A stretch of 64,000 nucleotides of DNA, from assembly GCA_035530755.1 (NCBI GenBank), contig DATKUF010000036.1, positions 14,354 to 78,353 of the forward strand. Direction: 5' to 3'. Each line of letters begins with the position of its first letter. Position 1 is the first letter of the stretch. This DNA is from Spirochaetia bacterium (GTDB taxonomy: Bacteria > Spirochaetota > Spirochaetia > DSM-27196 > DATKUC01). Shown here in pieces: positions 60,787-64,000 of this stretch. The position numbers were made by a program, and so were the translations under genes. The notes beneath the pieces are model-generated. The model was not told the origin of the DNA and did no database searches. It was given only the letters and a program-made list of their open reading frames with translations.

Positions 60787-62367
60787 CTATCTCCTTGAAC
60801 CTGATTTTCTCTTTGCCTGAATGAGCGCATAAAGTCCGCTTGCGATACCAAAATAGAAGAGCCCGAGGAAACCGAGCCACAAAAGCCCGACGAACATCAG
60901 CTCCATGTCGAAATTCGCCTTCGCCAGATTCACGAGTGCACCAAGCCCATCCTGTCCGGATACGAACTCGCCGACGACCGCGCCGATAACCGACAGAGTA
61001 ATCGAGACCTTGATCCCGCTGAAAATGACCGGGAGTGCCGCCGGAAGCTCGAACCTGGTGAATGCACGCCTGCGCGTCGGTCTGTAGAAGCGTACAAGCG
61101 TGCGCACCCGCTCCTCCGCCAGGTGAATGGCCGAAATGTTGTTGATGAGCATCGGAAAGAACATGAGAATGACGGCGGTTGTTACCTTCGGCGCGAAACC
61201 GAACCCGAACCAGAGCACCAGGAAAGGTGCGAGCGCTACGGCGGGGATAGTGTTCAGCGCGATAAGATGAGGCATCATGAGATTGGAGGCGACTTTAGAT
61301 TTTGCTATTGCATATCCGAGAACCAGCGTAAGGACAAAGGCGATCAGGAATCCGGTCGCCGATTCGTAGACAGTGGCCGCGAGGTTCGGGAGGATCGACC
61401 CGTCAAGCAGCGTCGATACGAAACGGGTGATTATGGCCGCAGGCGCGGGAAAAATGTAGTCGGGGACCTTGAACCGGCTTTTCACGAATGAGAGAAGCAG
61501 AAAGATGACGACGGCTTCTACCGGGATGAGCCAGCGATTGTAGTTTCTCTTGAAACTGCCGAGTAGTTTCGCTGCGATTCCGGTCGGCGGTTTCACGGTC
61601 TGAAGCTCGACCGCGGGTTCAGGCCGCGTGCTCCACAGTGCCTTGGCCTCTGCCCGGATCGACCTGTCCACACGTGATTCCGCATCGGTCAGCGAAAATT
61701 GTTCTCTGCTCTCCTGTCCGTTACGTTCAATGCGCTCAGTTTTGATGATTCCCGCAGGTTTGTTTGATAGCACGTAAACCGTGTCTGAAAGAAAGCAGGC
61801 CTCCTCGACCGAGTGCGTAACCATGACAACCGTCTGGTCTGCCCGCGAGTGGATATTCTTGATGAGGATGTTCAATCGTTCCCGGCTTATTATGTCGAGA
61901 GAGGAGAATGGCTCATCGAGCACCAGCAATTCCGGACGTGTTACCAGCGCCCGAGCGATCTCGACGCGCTTCTTCATCCCCCCGGATAGCTCATTCGGGA
62001 ACAGGTGTTCGTAACCTTCGAGGCCGACGGTCTCCAGGATGTGAAGCGCGCGTTTACGGATCTCTTCGGTTACCGGGATTCCGCGAGACTCAAACGGGAG
62101 AAGCACATTCGACAATGCATCGCGCCATTCCAGCAGCGAATCATGCTGAAACACGAATGATGTGTTGGCAGTCGAGACTTCCACGGATCCCTCAAAATGG
62201 CGATGCATCCCGAGCAGAATATAGAGCAGCGTCGTTTTACCGCAACCGGAGGGGCCGACGAATGAGACGAACTGATTCTGGCGTACATCGAAGGAAATGT
62301 CCCGAAGCACGGGATTTGCAAAAGCAAAATTCAGATTTTGGACGTGAATGAGCGTTGCATCATCCAT
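60787..62367 (-). CDS. Fused ABC ATPase (N-terminal) and NitT/TauT-type permease (C-terminal)
   Basis: N-terminal half: GPSGCGKTTLL, LSGGMKKRVEIARAL, LVLDEPFSSLD, VTHSVEEA. C-terminal half: six TM helices with an EAA-like loop (LVRFYRPTRRRAFTRFELPAALP). Single 526-aa ORF. Confidence 0.9.
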   Translation of the reverse strand: MDDATLIHVQNLNFAFANPVLRDISFDVRQNQFVSFVGPSGCGKTTLLYILLGMHRHFEGSVEVSTANTSFVFQHDSLLEWRDALSNVLLPFESRGIPVTEEIRKRALHILETVGLEGYEHLFPNELSGGMKKRVEIARALVTRPELLVLDEPFSSLDIISRERLNILIKNIHSRADQTVVMVTHSVEEACFLSDTVYVLSNKPAGIIKTERIERNGQESREQFSLTDAESRVDRSIRAEAKALWSTRPEPAVELQTVKPPTGIAAKLLGSFKRNYNRWLIPVEAVVIFLLLSFVKSRFKVPDYIFPAPAAIITRFVSTLLDGSILPNLAATVYESATGFLIAFVLTLVLGYAIAKSKVASNLMMPHLIALNTIPAVALAPFLVLWFGFGFAPKVTTAVILMFFPMLINNISAIHLAEERVRTLVRFYRPTRRRAFTRFELPAALPVIFSGIKVSITLSVIGAVVGEFVSGQDGLGALVNLAKANFDMELMFVGLLWLGFLGLFYFGIASGLYALIQAKRKSGSRR

Positions 62368-62375
62368 TCGATAGA

Positions 62376-62395
62376 CTCCGCGCTTCTTCGCGGAG
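62376..62395 (-). promoter_or_regulatory. Shine-Dalgarno-sequestering hairpin (expression platform of the FMN riboswitch)
   Basis: The minus strand reads CTCCGCG-AAGAAG-CGCGGAG. The 3' arm contains the GGAG Shine-Dalgarno sequence, 9 nt before the ATG at 62367. Confidence 0.4.
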
Positions 62396-62466
62396 AGAGT
62401 GTGGGAGAGTGAAGGTCAAGAAAGGATCTCAATAGATAGACTACTATCGACAAGATAACCTTTCTC

Positions 62467-62585
62467 TCTTCTCCCATCCAGACTCTCACTGTCGGCAACG
62501 GAATCTCACCGTTTCCCCCGCTGGCATGGCTGCCACCGGATTGCGGACTATAACCGCCGGTCGGGATTTCTCCCTCCCTCGAAGA
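62467..62585 (-). promoter_or_regulatory. FMN riboswitch (RFN element) aptamer
   Basis: The minus strand reads TCTTCGAGGGAGGGAGAAATCCCGACCGGCGGTTATAGTCCGCAATCCGG ... GGGGGAAACGGTGAGATTCCGTTGCCGACAGTGAGAGTCTGGATGGGAGAAGA. This matches the invariant RFN cores (GGG.GAAA.TCCCGACCGGCGGT..AGTCCGC and GGTGA.ATTCC...GCCGACAGT.A.AGTCTGGATGGGAGAAG). P1 closes as TCTTC/GAAGA. Confidence 0.9.
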
Positions 62586-62603
62586 AAAAAGGTTGTTCTA
62601 GCA

Positions 62604-62632
62604 TAGATACGATTTTCAACGTGATTAGTCAA
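62604..62632 (-). promoter_or_regulatory. Candidate sigma70 promoter driving the riboswitch-controlled operon
   Basis: The minus strand reads TTGACT (62632-62627), a 17-nt spacer, then TATCTA (62609-62604), about 20 nt upstream of the aptamer. Confidence 0.45.
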
Positions 62633-62816
62633 GTGAGATTCCGCAACTTGCCGTTTCGGTTGCCGCGTAGGTATTATTGTCGCGTGCTGACCTTCACCGG
62701 AAGCTCCTGATGCACAACTGCCTCTTTTTTGCTGACGCGGCTCTCGCTGCGTCCGGTGTCATTTCGGCTTTCACGCCCTCGACATACAATTCTACTTCAC
62801 CAGAAAGGAACACCTT

Positions 62817-64000
62817 ATGACCAATCGTTCACGCGCGACTGTTGCGATTCTTCTCGCCGTTGCACTCGTCTCGCTCGCCGGATGCACCTCTCAAAGCGCC
62901 GCGATCGCACCGACCGGAAGTGCTGTCGATGTCGTTCGCACGACCCTCGACAACGGGCTGCGGGTAGTCGTTGTTCGGGACCCGCTTGCTCCGGTCGTCA
63001 CACAGCAGATCACCTACTTTGCCGGATCGAAAGAATCGCCCGCGGGTTTTCCGGGGACGGCCCACGCTCAGGAGCACATGATGTTCCGCGGTGCGTCCGG
63101 ATTGAGCGGGGACCAGCTGTCTCAGATCTCCGCCCAGCTTGGTGGGAACATGGACGCTTTCACTACAGAAGATACAACGAGCTACTACTTCACCGTGCCG
63201 GCTTCCGATCTCGACGTCACGCTCAAAATCGGCGCGATCCGCATGTCGAGTGTGGACGACAGGCAGTCCGACTGGGAGAAAGAGCGCGGTGCGATAGAGC
63301 AGGAGGTGGCCCGGGACAACTCGAACCCGCTCTACGTCCTGGAATCGAAAGCGCAGGCCGCCGTTTTCGCCGGTACACCCTATGAGGACACCGGCCTCGG
63401 AACGAAACCGACCTTCGACAATACGAACGCGACGCTCCTCAAGAGCTTTTACGATAGCTGGTACGCCCCGAACAACGCTCTCCTGGTTGTGGCCGGCGAC
63501 GTCGACCCCGCAAAGGTTACCTCGAAGATCCGGGAGCTGTACGGATCGATTCCAAAACGGAATCTTCCCGCACGTCCTGCGTTCAATCTGAAACCTGTCG
63601 CGCCGCAGACTTTTTCGTCGACAACCGATCAGTCCTACGGCATTGTGGCATTTGTATTCCGCATGCCCGGGTATCAGAGTCCCGACTACGCGACGGCCCG
63701 GCTGATGGCGCGCGTGCTCGACTCTCAGCGCGGCGCGCTCACCGAGCTCGCCTATCAGGGCAAGACACTCAATTCCGGATTCAGCTATCAGGCGATGGTG
63801 AGGGGCGGCTACGCCTACGCGTGGGCGGCATTTCCGGCGGGCACCGACCCGAAAAAGATCGAGACTGAGGTCCGCGATGCGGTCGAGAAGTCAAAGGCAG
63901 GCGTGGCGCCCGATCTGATTGCGGCCGAGAGAAGCCGAGCCATTCTGGCAACCGAGCTTCAGAGTAATTCGGTTTCCGGGCTCGTGAACGCATGGACAAA
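62817..64000 (+). CDS. M16 (pitrilysin) family zinc peptidase lipoprotein, 3'-truncated by the window edge
   Basis: Not in the ORF track because there is no in-window stop. ATG 62817, frame 3, open to the edge. MTNRSRATVAILLAVALVSLAGCTS carries a lipobox. The inverted zinc motif HxxEH is in GTAHAQEHMMFRG, with RGAIEQEV downstream. Confidence 0.85.
   Translation, partial: MTNRSRATVAILLAVALVSLAGCTSQSAAIAPTGSAVDVVRTTLDNGLRVVVVRDPLAPVVTQQITYFAGSKESPAGFPGTAHAQEHMMFRGASGLSGDQLSQISAQLGGNMDAFTTEDTTSYYFTVPASDLDVTLKIGAIRMSSVDDRQSDWEKERGAIEQEVARDNSNPLYVLESKAQAAVFAGTPYEDTGLGTKPTFDNTNATLLKSFYDSWYAPNNALLVVAGDVDPAKVTSKIRELYGSIPKRNLPARPAFNLKPVAPQTFSSTTDQSYGIVAFVFRMPGYQSPDYATARLMARVLDSQRGALTELAYQGKTLNSGFSYQAMVRGGYAYAWAAFPAGTDPKKIETEVRDAVEKSKAGVAPDLIAAERSRAILATELQSNSVSGLVNAWT

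Noticed and set aside
62467-62585. Considered a TPP riboswitch (because the downstream binding protein is NMT1/THI5-like, suggesting ThiXYZ) and then a cobalamin riboswitch (because of the GGTGAGATTCC and GCCGACAGTG-like strings).
   Set aside because: The TPP hallmarks (CTGAGA ... ACCTGATCTGGATAATGCCAGCG in that order) are absent. The cobalamin B12 box (AGYCMGGAGACCKGCC) and GCCACTG are also absent. The sequence instead matches both RFN halves (CCCGACCGGCGGT..AGTCCGC and GCCGACAGTGAGAGTCTGGATGGGAGAAG) with a closing P1.
62729-63385. A 218-aa ORF in the supplied track (and 63382-63591), apparently the only coding calls at the right end.
   Set aside because: The translation is Arg/Cys/Ser-rich nonsense. 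It is out of frame with a much better reading: the M16 peptidase with lipobox and HxxEH starting at 62817 and open to the window edge. The track omits that gene because it has no stop.

Overview
Visibly GC-rich bacterial chromosomal segment, densely coding on both strands. I call about 58 protein genes, one tRNA-Val(CAC) and one FMN riboswitch. I saw no rRNA, CRISPR array, transposase, integrase or phage genes. Many long ORFs in the six-frame track are antisense or out-of-frame shadows typical of high-GC DNA, and I ignored them. The track also omits two edge-truncated genes: an M48-like tail at 2-178 and an M16 peptidase from 62817 to the right edge.

Gene content, left to right:
- CHASE2 adenylate cyclase, PaaK-like ligase and a ThuA-like protein.
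- A NadR-like gene.
- A ROK glucokinase, ppx, ppk1, arfB polyphosphate cluster.
- An M23 peptidase and thyX.
- A DUF92 plus prenol-kinase-like pair.
- A NYN-LOTUS protein.
- A quinone/flavin neighbourhood (about 16.0-23.7 kb): NusG-II protein, a MenA-like protein with degenerate Asp motifs, an ABC pair without a binding protein, lipoprotein ApbE, an NDH-2 fused to a DoxX-like membrane domain with an Ala-rich tandem repeat, and a polyprenyl-PP synthase.
- HD-GYP, rlmE and a type III PLP decarboxylase.
- A rhomboid protease.
- phnDCE with an unusually large PhnE.
- An orphan HisKA_2-like kinase and a MutS paralog.
- tRNA-Val.
- An SDR plus a GpgS-like glycosyltransferase fused to a PTS EIIA(Ntr) domain.
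- A YesN/YesM plus anchored-binding-protein sugar sensor with an RbsABC-type transporter.
- A PadR-MFS-methyltransferase operon.
- An ECF sigma factor.
- RluA.
- An ABC-2 exporter.
- A ROK-regulated CUT1 sugar operon.
- An FMN-riboswitch-controlled ThiXYZ/RibXY-like ABC importer.

The best-supported observation is the FMN riboswitch and its transporter. The most interesting hypothesis is that 16-24 kb encodes a variant flavin/quinone extracytoplasmic electron-transfer module resembling the Listeria EET locus. All functional calls come from reading motifs by eye. No searches were run, and the taxon cannot be assigned from this window.
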